Shown one piece after another: positions 34,792 through 46,573 of a stretch of 64,000 nt of DNA. The number at the start of each line of letters is the position of its first letter. Position 1 is the stretch's first letter. The stretch is taken from assembly GCA_010909165.1 (NCBI GenBank), contig MU008176.1, positions 248,001 to 312,000 of the forward strand, given 5' to 3'. This DNA is from Anthoceros angustus. Its lineage: Eukaryota; Plantae; Anthocerotophyta. The notes under the pieces are model-generated. The model saw only the letters and a program-made list of their open reading frames with translations, did not search any database and had not been told where the DNA came from. The position numbers and the translations under genes were made by a program.

Positions 34792-37700
34792 TCATGGGAG
34801 AGCGGCCATGGAGCGTCGAAGAACGCCCCAATCCCTATGCTCCTTGCACACCCAGGCCACCTGGGGCTCCCCCTCAGAGTACCTGACCTTGTACAGATTG
34901 AAGAGTTGCCCGATGTTCTTCCCTCTCAGGAACTCCTCCAGCCACAGCCCAGCATCCTGCGACTGGCACCCGTCGGAGTCTAGCCTCAAGTCCTCCATCA
35001 CGGACTCCAACGCCAGGGCACCGGCAGTGAGCGGCATGGCAACCCCGAGCTCGGAGAAGTTGGGGATGGCGTTCCCGATCCCGGCCGCCACATGCGCCCC
35101 GACCTTCACCAGCAGGTTTAGCAGCTTCAAGCCGTTGAGCAGCAGAGGACGCAGCCGGCGGGCCTTGGCGTCTTCCCACAGGAGCTCGAGGCCGTGCTGG
35201 TTAGGGATCCCGTGCGGAGCGCCTCCCCGGTGCTCGCACATGAGATGCAGGCGCACCGGCACCACCTCCCCCGGCCGCATCATGGCCAGCAGCTTCCGAG
35301 TGTTGCTCACGTCGCCGGTGGTGAAGTACACCAGTCGGGGCACCGTCCTCTCCTGCAGCTGGGTGGAGAAGTTCATGAGCCGGTCCATCTTGCTGCTCAG
35401 CTCCCGCAACGTCTCCTGCTGCAGCATCTCGATCTTGTCGATTTGCGGGCGCAGCGCAGCCAGGATCCCATTCGTCAGCTCCTCCATGCTGTTCTCCATC
35501 CTGCTCAGGACCTTCATCAGCCGCTCCTCCAGATCGTCGATGCGCGACAGGAGCACGTCATTGGCCCCGTTGCTGCCCGACGGGCTGCACGGGTGCGGGT
35601 ACTCCCTCGCATACTTCGGCTCCGAGAACTTGCTAGGTTTCCGAGCCTCCTCCCTGCTCGGCGTCCTCAACCTCTCGGCCACTTCTTCCAGATCGGTGTA
35701 CTGCCGATCCAGGTAATTCTTCACATCCCTGGCCCCGAGCAGCGCCACCACGCTGTCGCAGCTGGACGGAAGATTCCCCTCCGCCGCCCTCGGCCACGTG
35801 TACATGTGGTCCAGCTTGGCAGCCGAGCGCCATTCCTGCTTCAGCTCCTCCACTCCCACAGCCTGCTCCTTCCTGTGCACGCACAGCGTCAGCTGCTGAA
35901 CGCATTCAGGCCTCAGAATGCCCTCCACAAGGGCAACCCCTTGGCAGCCCTTGTGGGAGGCACAGAAGGAGCGGATTTTCTCCACCACGTTCATGCGGAT
36001 GAAGTCCATGGTCTCGATGTGGCTCTTGGAGGATCTCACCAGCACATCCACATAGTACCCGATGTCCCCGCTGCACTCGATCAGGATCTCCATCCCGCTG
36101 ATGCATATGGATATCAGATTCCTCTCCAGGGCGTAGTCCAAGCTCATGCCCATCCTCAGAAACTCGTTGTACAGGATGACCTGCATGATTTTGCACACGG
36201 CTGTCAGGAAAATGAGGAAACCAGACAAGGGAGAAGACGGTGTGGGGTGGAAGGAAGGAGGTCTGGCCTGGAATCTTGGGAAGAAGCCTGGCGTGAGAAA
36301 CGTTTTGAGACGATCCCCGCACTCAAGCCTCCGGCCGAGGTAAGTGCAGTTGGTTTCTCGGGAGGTGTCCTTCATGGGCCATGCCAGCTGCCTTCTGCCG
36401 TTCAAGGCCCGCTTGCCCTGATCATCCAAGGAGGTGGGCACGAAGAAGCCAGCATCTGGATTTCCAGGTTCCTTTTCGTAGCACAGCTCCAGCTTGAGCA
36501 TGAGCTGGACAAGGTCGTCCGTGCTGATGCCAACAAGCTTCTTGCCGGAGTCGCTGCTTAAGGAACGTTGTAGGACCCTCTTCAAGGTTTTCAAGCTGGT
36601 GAAGCCGTTGATATCAGAAGGCATGGCTTGGAAGGAGCCGAAGTTGATGAGGTGCCCAAGAACCCGATGCCCGAACCAGTGGGGGTTCACAACGATGAAG
36701 TCCAGGTTCTCGAAGTAGATGATGTCGCCCACGTTGTGGAGATAGGATGCGACAGCCCGCCGCCTGCCTTCTACAGTTTCTCGGACTGGTTTGGGTGTCC
36801 TGCGGCCCATGGACTTCAGGGTCAGCAGGGAGCGGCTGAGATTGTTGAAGTCGTTGAACTTCATGGTGGGCTGAGTTGGGTTGTCGGCAGTCCACTTTGC
36901 CAAGATGAGCCTCATTTTGTCACACTCTTCGGGCACTGTTGGGAGCTTCCGCGTTAGGAGATCACGGAAGCTGTCCACAACCGTTTCCACAAGAGGGTGC
37001 ACGCTTTCGAAGGAGCGGGCATTGACTGCTTGGATCTCGGAGCAGATCTGGACGATCCTGTCGAATCTGGAGCGGAGATGTTCTATAAGCTCTGCCGCCC
37101 AGGCCACCAGATCAGCTCGGCTGCCACCCACCTTGTCCAAGTTGCTCAGCACCACCAGGACGCGAGGCAGAACTGTTGCCGGTCGCCTTGTGTTGGAGGC
37201 TATGAAGCGGAGCCAGTACATGAACTCCTCCTCCAGTTGGCCAAGTGACTTCCTTCTCCCTGTCTCAGGATCCGCGCAGTTGAAGACGAAGAGGAAGACG
37301 CAGGCATTGGTGGTGTCAGGGAACATGTAGTCATGGAGAGCATGGAACTCTTCCTGCCCAGCCAGATCCCACATTGAGATCCGCATGTCGACATCGTCCT
37401 TGAGAAGGTGGATCTCAAGACCTCTTGTCCTCTTGGTGGCATCTTTCCCGTTGATGCATGCGTGCAGCCCTGGTTGTCGTGACATAAATTCCTGGCTGGT
37501 GTACACCAATCCTGTTATACAGGACTTCTTCTCCAATGCTCGCAAGCTTCGGAGCATGGACTTCTTCAAGGTTGTCTTGCCTGCATAAGGAAATCCAATG
37601 AGGAAAAGGCGTGCTGATTTGGGGTTCACTTGCCGCATCTCCTTCAGGACATGCACATACTCTTCAGCGTTCCTCCTCAACTGCTCTTCCACCGCTGGCA

Positions 37701-39231
37701 CCTTCCCCTCTCGTTCCAAGGGGGTGTTCCGCAAGTCGATCTTCTTGATGGAGGTGTTCACTTCCAGGAGCTCCATCAGGGATTTGTAGATGACTTCACC
37801 GGCAAAGGACTCACAGTCACACAGGTTGAGGCTCTCGAGAGTGGTATTATCTTCCAGGCTCTTCAAAATTGTCTGCCACTCCGGTATGGTGAAGTAGCTG
37901 TAGTTGAGACCAAGCATGGACAGAGATGTGTTGCAGCGCAGCATTTCAGCTATAGCATCGCCGTACCCTGCATTGTCCAGCTCAACCAGACTGCTGTTCC
38001 GGCGTCCAGTGAAGTGCAACCACTTGAGAGTATGATTCCCTCCGGAGTGGCAGCTCCCGCCATGACTGCTCCCACCATGGCCGCTGTGGTCGTTGGAGCC
38101 AAGGCTGGAAAGAGAACCAGACCCATGCACGGACCCGGAAGCAAGGCTGTTGAGGGACACAGAAAGAGCATGGTTGCTCCCCCGGACGAGGACACTAGAC
38201 CCTATAGGTGTCGTCACAGGACCCACTACAGCAGCGCTACAACTGCCATCCATGCCCTCATGCACTAGAGAGCTGAGCAGCACTTTGAGCCCGGCCGTAT
38301 CCAGGTAATCCTCCCAACCAAAGTAGAGCTCCTCCAGCACTGTGTTCTGCTTCAGAGCTTCCGCAATGTACCCTGCACCTGCCGCCCCAATGCCGGTGCC
38401 TGTCATGCTCAGAAACTTCAGCGACCCAGTAGCAAGGATGTCAGCAATGTGCTTGGCCCCTTCATCACCAAACGTATCCTCCACAAACAGCGAATCCAGC
38501 GCTGAACTACTGTTAGCCTTCAACGCACCCGCAATACAAGCCACCCCTTCAGGACCCAACCCAATGCCCCGGACATCCAGCTTCTTCAAACTGACATTGG
38601 TCTGCAGCATGCTAGCCAGGTGCTGCGCCCCTTCATCCCCCAGCTTCCAATTCCCACACAAATGCAGCAGCTCCAGAGCGGAGTGCGCATTGGACTGCAG
38701 GCCCCTGGCAATGACCCTCATCCCCGGCGGCCTCAGGCCCGTGTTCTGCATGTACAGGGCCTTCAGGGTGCAGTTGGACTGCAGCATGATCCCAATGTGG
38801 TGGCAGGAGGGCTTTGACCCGACCACCCAGTTGTAGCTGATGTCCAGAGACTTCAGGACATTGTTGAAGCGCAGGCCCCTGCAGAGCTGCTCCACTTCCG
38901 CGGGCTTCTTGAGCTTCATGTCCGATACATTGAGGCGGGTGAGAGAGCTGCTCTGCCCCAGCAGCCGCAGCATGTGGAGCTTGAGCTTGGGCCTTCCCCT
39001 CTCCTCCCCGGCCACCCTCTTCTTGTCGTCGAAGCAGTCCTCGTACTCCTTCAGCACCACCGTCTGGAGGGAGGCCGGGGTGGCCAGGAGCTGCTCCACC
39101 AGCTGCTGCAGCCTGGGCGGCAGCCCCGCCATCTCCTCCTCCACACCCGACGACGCCGTGGAAGCCATGGAAGCCGTGGAATTGGGCGCGACATCCAAGC
39201 TGGTGGTGCTGGAGGTGTCCGAGTCCTCCAT
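34792..39231 (-). CDS. TORNADO1-like Roco protein (RNI-like LRRs + Roc GTPase + COR + C-terminal helical region)
   Basis: 1479-aa ORF. RI-type LRRs (LKKLDVRGIGLGPEG, LELLHLCGNWKLGDEGA). P-loop GFPYAGKTT, switch TRGLEIH, WDLAGQEEFHALH, G4-like SNLDK. COR-like VVNPHWFG and TPGFFPRFQ. Probably contains an 87-nt in-frame intron at 36181-36267. Confidence 0.9.
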   Translation of the reverse strand: MEDSDTSSTTSLDVAPNSTASMASTASSGVEEEMAGLPPRLQQLVEQLLATPASLQTVVLKEYEDCFDDKKRVAGEERGRPKLKLHMLRLLGQSSSLTRLNVSDMKLKKPAEVEQLCRGLRFNNVLKSLDISYNWVVGSKPSCHHIGIMLQSNCTLKALYMQNTGLRPPGMRVIARGLQSNAHSALELLHLCGNWKLGDEGAQHLASMLQTNVSLKKLDVRGIGLGPEGVACIAGALKANSSSALDSLFVEDTFGDEGAKHIADILATGSLKFLSMTGTGIGAAGAGYIAEALKQNTVLEELYFGWEDYLDTAGLKVLLSSLVHEGMDGSCSAAVVGPVTTPIGSSVLVRGSNHALSVSLNSLASGSVHGSGSLSSLGSNDHSGHGGSSHGGSCHSGGNHTLKWLHFTGRRNSSLVELDNAGYGDAIAEMLRCNTSLSMLGLNYSYFTIPEWQTILKSLEDNTTLESLNLCDCESFAGEVIYKSLMELLEVNTSIKKIDLRNTPLEREGKVPAVEEQLRRNAEEYVHVLKEMRQVNPKSARLFLIGFPYAGKTTLKKSMLRSLRALEKKSCITGLVYTSQEFMSRQPGLHACINGKDATKRTRGLEIHLLKDDVDMRISMWDLAGQEEFHALHDYMFPDTTNACVFLFVFNCADPETGRRKSLGQLEEEFMYWLRFIASNTRRPATVLPRVLVVLSNLDKVGGSRADLVAWAAELIEHLRSRFDRIVQICSEIQAVNARSFESVHPLVETVVDSFRDLLTRKLPTVPEECDKMRLILAKWTADNPTQPTMKFNDFNNLSRSLLTLKSMGRRTPKPVRETVEGRRRAVASYLHNVGDIIYFENLDFIVVNPHWFGHRVLGHLINFGSFQAMPSDINGFTSLKTLKRVLQRSLSSDSGKKLVGISTDDLVQLMLKLELCYEKEPGNPDAGFFVPTSLDDQGKRALNGRRQLAWPMKDTSRETNCTYLGRRLECGDRLKTFLTPGFFPRFQARPPSFHPTPSSPLSGFLIFLTAVCKIMQVILYNEFLRMGMSLDYALERNLISICISGMEILIECSGDIGYYVDVLVRSSKSHIETMDFIRMNVVEKIRSFCASHKGCQGVALVEGILRPECVQQLTLCVHRKEQAVGVEELKQEWRSAAKLDHMYTWPRAAEGNLPSSCDSVVALLGARDVKNYLDRQYTDLEEVAERLRTPSREEARKPSKFSEPKYAREYPHPCSPSGSNGANDVLLSRIDDLEERLMKVLSRMENSMEELTNGILAALRPQIDKIEMLQQETLRELSSKMDRLMNFSTQLQERTVPRLVYFTTGDVSNTRKLLAMMRPGEVVPVRLHLMCEHRGGAPHGIPNQHGLELLWEDAKARRLRPLLLNGLKLLNLLVKVGAHVAAGIGNAIPNFSELGVAMPLTAGALALESVMEDLRLDSDGCQSQDAGLWLEEFLRGKNIGQLFNLYKVRYSEGEPQVAWVCKEHRDWGVLRRSMAALP

Positions 39232-40435
39232 TCTGCCACCACTCTTCCCACCACCCGCCTAGCCTCCTCGAATCAATTCCCTCACCTCAAGCCCTTCCAA
39301 CCACAGCAGCCTCCCGGAGCAAGGAGACTGTAAGCCAGACGCATTCCATGCCCGCGGGCTCAGGAGGAACTGAGAAACTCCACCTTTGCTGCTGTGTACC
39401 TCCAACAGCAGATCCACACCATAGCAGCTTCATCAGGCACGACCTGACGGGACTGAGAAAGAGACATCGAGAGAGACAGAGGGAAACATCTCCGAAGCCT
39501 GCTTCGTACGGCCGAATATTAAATTATATCTCTAGGTTAGTGCCCGCCGGACACAGCTCTCACACCGACCATGTGTATAATGCAGTCCTCAAATTCGGCT
39601 GTGGGTCAAAACTCGCTCGCTTCCACTCGTTCACCACTTTATATATATGGAGTAAGATTTTTTGCAGACAGATTTGAGCGCCTCGGTAATTCTGATCATG
39701 CGATTTCTACCCAATCGTAAGCATAAGGGCGTTCAGACCAGGTCTCCATAGAGTGGAAGAATCTAGTAGTAGCTCATAGAGCAGGAGGTGTCTTTTGGAT
39801 GCCGACAGAGACTGGCTGGGTAGTCCAGGGGAAAATATGCAATGCCATCCAAGAAATACAAAAGCTCTACGCAAGGGGCACGTGGAGAAGTACTTTTGTA
39901 ACACCAATCCCGAGAACGCACCACCTTCGTGTGAAATTCCCGATCACCGTTTGGACGAGGTTAATTAATCGAGCTCCGCTCAGCTTACCAGTACAGGAAG
40001 CAGGAAGCAGACCTGGAGCGACATACCTTGTCCAGAGTCCGGTGAACAGGAATGGAATATGTAGGACGTCCGGAAAGAACTGTACTCCACAAGCCTGAAC
40101 TTTGAAAGATGAAAGGCCTACTGCTGTATGTATGCCAACAAACCAGGAACAACATGGATAAAGTACCTTGTCAACCCAGGTGCTCTCAAAGACCAGGTGC
40201 GGGGGCTTGTGAGCACGTGGCTTAGCTTGACAGACCATCCAGGCTCCTGGCTCCTCTAACAAACCCAGCATTACCCCCGGCTGACGGTTGCTGTTGCTTG
40301 CAACCGGTGAGGGGCTTGAAGCTTTACACTATTGGAAGCTGGATGTATGTAGATGATGTGTTCCATTGTTTGCTTCATGTCGTCCCACTTGGAGCGTGTG
40401 GTCGGCTGTCCGCAGTAGGGGAGTAATGGGTCTTC

Positions 40436-41924
40436 TTAGACGTGTAGTGCTGGTTGAGAAGTCATCTCAAGAAGAGTTTCTTTCACTTGCTCCACCCGAA
40501 TCAAATCCTTGTCCTTGATCTGCACAAGAGACCCACCAAAAGCAACTAATCTCATCATGCTTCTGCCCCCATGATGAAGCTGGAAAAGCGGAGAGAAGCG
40601 AGGGAGAGACAACAACCTCTGCATTAAAGACATTCAGCACAAGACCACGAAATGTGGTGATATTGGCGTGCAGAATATCGAGTCCCAAAACCTCCAGCGC
40701 TTGCATCAACTTCACGAAAACACCTGGCCGCTTTTCGCAAAACACTCTAAGAGTGAAGGTCTGCCCGTCGAGCTTGCTCACTTCAACCTGCACAGGATGG
40801 GAATCACTCAGCCCAGGTAACGGGGAAATCGACAGCAAGCCCCCTAGTGGTACAGGAGTACACCGTTCTCCGTCCAAAGGAAGGGGTATGCCCACCTGCA
40901 TCGGCTGGGTCAGGTCATCGGCGCTTCTCTCATGCTTTTCTCCAGCCGCTGCATCTGCCCCTCCCCCTGCTGCAAGCCTTGCATCCTCCGGGCGTGCAGC
41001 ATTAGCGTTGCCCTCCTTGGGCCCCTGGCAGCCACCGTCTTGCAGGGACAAGAGCACACTTCCCGGATGAAAATCGTCATCCTTCACCTCAAGCAGCTCG
41101 TCCTGCAGAGACTTCACTTGCTGCTGCAGCTCCTTCACATACTCGATGGCATCACCCAGAATGGAAGCCCTGTCCATCTGCAAAATTCAGCATTCCCTGT
41201 CAGCCCACAGACCACGAACATCCACAGGACCCTGGACATTCCCTTCCACCCCAACACCCACCTTGGTAATCTTGGGCACAAGCGCTCGCAGCGAATACAA
41301 CCGCTCATTCAACTTCTTCCTCCGCTTCCTTTCCGCCACAAGATTCTTGGACAAGTGCCTGCGGCCGGACCGGGACACGCCCTTGTCATCGTCGTCCTCC
41401 ATGGGGTCACTGCAATCCGAGGAATCAGCACGCATCTCCTGCTTCACCTCCCGGTCCCGATCCCGGTCCCGGTCCCGGTCCCGGTCCGAATTCTCCTTGG
41501 ACAAGCCGCTCCCGTGCGGCGACTCCGCGAGGTAGGACGCGGCGTGGATGGGAACGTGCGGGTTGATGAGGTCCTGCAGATTATGCTCCAGCGGCCCGCC
41601 CTTGTCGCCCACCTCGTAGTGATCCTGCCCGCCCATCTTGCCCGAGTCCAGGAACCCCAGCTGGCCTTGCGCGAGCTGCATGTGGCCCTGGGAATCCGAC
41701 AGCGCCCCGTCCTGCTCCCAGGGCGCCCAGTGCGAGGCCTCGGCGGCGTCCGCGGCGTGAAGATTCCTGGAACCTCCCAGCTCCCCGCCGCCGCCGCCGC
41801 CGGCCCCGGAGCTCCCGGAGTAGTAGAGCTTCACGGACTGCTGGTCCAGCATTTTCTGCAGCATGTGGAGCTCCCTGCCTGACCCCGGGAGGGAGGGATC
41901 CATGCGCTGGCCCGCCCTGTACAT
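40436..41924 (-). CDS. bHLH transcription factor, AMS/DYT1-like (subfamily III) with C-terminal ACT-like domain
   Basis: Phase-0 exons 41924-41262, 41177-40896, 40787-40617, 40519-40436. Contains [13 protein letters not shown]...[30 protein letters not shown]|[20 protein letters not shown]-like [24 protein letters not shown], and a (DR)n tract. The start codon is uncertain. Confidence 0.9.
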
Positions 41925-42733
41925 GCGCGAGAATGGCAGGAGAGCGGAAGGGTCAGGGATGCTCCGGGAGCTGGAGCAACAGGCCCCGCCCGGGCGGGAA
42001 AAAGGGTGCTCCGGAAGGGACCTGGATCAAAGCGCAGCAGCAGCAGCAGCAGCAGCAGGCCATGGCAGGGAGGTGGAGATGGAGCGGGAGGAGGAAGCGG
42101 CCGTACAGACAGGGCTGGCACATGGGCAGGAAAGAAGGAGACGGCACCCATGGCCTGGCAGTGCTGCGCCGTACCTACCAGGCCCCCGCCAGCCAGGGCT
42201 GTCGCCACCAGGAGGTCCGTGCTACGACTCATCACCTCTCCGAGTCATACCCAAAGTGTGGCAAGTACGCGCTCCATTGCGAAGCCGACGCTCCGCCAAA
42301 CCTACCCCGCCCCAAGCGTGTTATGGCCTGTGACTGCCCCCAGCACGCGATTTCCATAGCTGCAAGATGCCATCCTGCACCTCCCAACACCATCGCTGTC
42401 GCCCTTGCTGCACCGTCGTCGTGCAAAGAGTGGTGCTTCCTCCTCCTCCGTTTTCAGGGCTTTTAAATTATAACATTTTAATTCTTTTAATTAAATCGCT
42501 CAAGCACACGTGAGCCACTGAGACTAGGTCCAGAGGGAGAGACAAGAGACAATGTACATACATATGTAACAAGATAGAGACGAGAGACATTGTACAGAGA
42601 ATGCAGGGACACAAACAGGCTTACCATTCAGAAAAAGGATAGGACAATCCCATGTCACAATGGAGCCCAGGAGTTCCATACTGGCCAAGCCGAGTACAGT
42701 GCCTTCTGCGAAGTAATTTGCCAAGCCTGGACA

Positions 42734-43124
42734 ACGGTGTTCCGAACTGTGCCTACTGCCTAAAGCCAATTGCCCAAAAGACAAATATGTAGTGCGTTTC
42801 AGCGACGGTGTTCTGAACTGTGCCTACTGCCTAAAGCCAATTGCCCAAAAGAGAAATACAGTATGTAGTGCGTTTCAGCGGTTCTCAAGGTCCGTAAATA
42901 TAGCAGATGCAAGCGGGCCACCTCTTTATTCCGCTTGCACTAGAAACATACATATGGGGCAATGGCTGAGGACTTGACAAATTTGTCAAGTCTTGTGATT
43001 TGTCAAGTCTTGTGCTAAAGTATGTTGTGTCTTCACAACATACTTTCGACAACGGGTTTTAATTTTTCTTCGTTCCTCTCGTACTTCACAACATACTTTC
43101 GACAACGGGTTTTAATTTTTCTTC
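42734..43124. repeat. Cluster of short tandem duplications and a perfect 22-bp palindrome in the bHLH/esterase divergent region
   Basis: Duplication of about 70 bp (42734-42803 and 42805-42880). Palindrome GACTTGACAAATTTGTCAAGTC at 42971-42992. 41-bp duplication (43031-43071 and 43084-43124). Confidence 0.85.
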
Positions 43125-43556
43125 AACGGCACTCTCATCCTCCACAAGGCGATCCTCCACAAGACGGCGACAGTAAGTAACGCATCTTCCTCTAGTAATT
43201 TATTGGCCATTTATTCTTCCTGCATATCACATTGTGGTGACTATAGGTAGGGAGCTCAGTTGCTCCTCTTCACCTTGACCCTCTGGTCCCCTTTGGTTGT
43301 CCCTCCTAGATGGGCGTTTCCCATCGTTTTTTTCACCTCAATAAAATCTTCCCTTTTTGAGGACATACATGAGAAGAACGTTTTTACTCTCTCATATCAA
43401 TTGTATCGCAAGAGAGTGATGCATCCACCTACCAGCTACCAGCTGGAGGCGGCTGCTTGCCGGAGTTCCTCTAGAGAGGGTACGTCCTGCAAGCCTCGAG
43501 TCTGGGGCTTCCTGGAGGTTTTCTGTAGCTTTGAGGGCGAAGCCAGTTCAGGAACG

Positions 43557-44650
43557 ATGGTGGGCTTGGACAGGCCGGTTTTTGTGCTATTTGGCTCGTC
43601 GCTTGTTCAAAACAGCTAACCAGCGTAGGTGGCTGGGGTTTTCTTATCAGCGACTTATTCACGAAAGTTTATAGAATTTGCACTCTTCTTCCTTGCCGTT
43701 CTGGTACAGGGTGGAAATGGGATGATGGCAGATTTTATGAAGCTGCACGCAGGCAGTCTTTGTGCTGAGAGGATATGCTGGATGGAACACTCGGCGGGCT
43801 TTGGATGTCTTGGATCAGGTCTTTCCCAAGGTAACGTAAGCTTTTCAAGGAGCAGTAAGTGCTAGAGCGAATTTTGCATGTGGCGGACCATCGAGTTGAG
43901 GGAACTTGTGTCTCCCACCATCTGCAGCGCCCCATGTTCCCCTTGCCGAATTCAAAGAGAATCTGAGGAAGATTACGGCTCACCCCTTGGTGATCACCCT
44001 TGTAGCATGTGTAGCTTGGGAGTCCTCTTGCTCATAGCGGGGAAGGGAGTTTCTCATCTGGAACGTCTTGCTCTTGACCAGGGCCTCTCTGAAACTACCC
44101 GTGTCTTACTCGTTATACCTCCTCCAGCGAATGAGAAAATGTTTGAAGAGCACAAAAGGTTAGTCTCAAGTGCCTGGCTCGGTTGCCAGCCTGAACTGAG
44201 AGAGAGTTGTAAGTACGGTGCGGGCTTGATCGTGTGGGCAAGTGCAAGTGCAAGTACTGGCTGCAAACAGGGACTGGGTGTCTACCTTTCCAAAACTTTT
44301 AAGGGCACAGGATGCCACCGAAGCTTATGCGGAGGCATGCAAAGAGGTGGCATTCGGCTTTCCTGATGTGGAGATCGTCGACCTCTTCACGGCAATCCAA
44401 GCAAACCCCGACTGGGAGAACGCCTGCCTCAGGTGTGAAGAACTCAGGATACATCTTCCCTGGTGTTACCAGACAGCCGGTGTTGCAATGCAGCGACGGT
44501 GTGCCTGATGGAAGCGCTGTCGTGGCTAAGGAGCTGATCGAGGTCCTGAAAAAAGCTTCCTGGGGATCCAGTCTGCATTGGAAGCAGATGCCACTTCAGT
44601 TGCAAGGAGGCCAAATCGATGCAGACATGGAGGCAGTCAGAACGGCGTGA
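43557..44650 (+). pseudogene. SGNH/GDSL esterase, CPRD49/IAH1-like, disrupted as assembled
   Basis: Recognisable pieces: MVGLDRPVFVLFGSSLVQ, VLRGYAGWNTRRALDVLDQVFPK, PHVPLAEFKENLRKI, VEIVDLFTAIQ, SLHWKQMP. In-frame TAA at 43617 and TAG at 43626. The block III (GxND) exon is not recognisable. The DxxH motif reads DGVPDGS with no His. Confidence 0.8.
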
Positions 44651-44867
44651 TAACCCCAAATTACAATTGTCCATCTTGTGCACTAGAAAAATTACAATGC
44701 TCAATTCTGTAAGCTCTGTCAACACCCTAAAGAATTGAGCCTGTTAGGTAGTGGTTGACTCTGCGTGCCAAGGCATAACCTCGCCTTTTGCACGTCATAC
44801 TTAGTACAAGCATTCGATAGTGGGTGTTTCAAAATGGATTTCCAATGCTTAGGTGAAATAGGTTTGC

Positions 44868-45977
<1,110 letters not shown>

Positions 45978-46573
45978 TCACAAGCGCAATTCCACACAGC
46001 CTGGGCCTTCCTTTCTGCTCCTTTGCTCCACGACAAGATGAAAGCTTCGCTTGTGTTGCGTCTCGGGTCGACCAGCAGCTGCGGGCCTCCTCTTCGTAGC
46101 CCTTCACACCGAAGGGGAAAGAGGTGTTAGACGCCGTCTTCCTTCCCTGGGAAGGGAATGCGCAACCTTCGAGTGTTAAGTGGAAATAAGATAAAATAAC
46201 ATCTACAGAAAAGCGAAATTTCTCTAAAACATCTCTACAGAAACGTTTATTTCTATGGGAATGACCGGTAAGCGATACCGATACGTGCGCGCCTGAAGAA
46301 TCTGCCCTGATGAACATACAGCGATATGGGCATGCGCATATATAGCCAAATGATATGGACACATGCCTTTAGATATGGGTATGTTCACACTCAAAGGCCA
46401 CTCCTTAGCACAACAAGATATAGCCTATAGAACTTAGCTAGCTAGCTCGGACATATGGGAAAAATATCACAATTTTCCTAATATAGTACTATATATCAAT
46501 AATTTTATTTAATATTATAATTTTACTACTATTAAATCCTAAGATACTCTATATCGTATCACTTAGGAATGTG

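Noticed and set aside
34808-36561. Long plus-strand ORFs (302 aa and 455 aa) antisense to the Roco gene
   Set aside because: Shadow ORFs caused by the GC-rich codon usage of the real minus-strand gene; no protein-like features.
40932-41882. 316-aa plus-strand ORF opposite the bHLH
   Set aside because: Antisense shadow of a GC3-rich CDS.
43617-43628. Idea that the esterase stop codons are repaired by U-to-C RNA editing
   Set aside because: That editing is organellar and this is a spliced nuclear gene; frameshifts and missing segments are also present.
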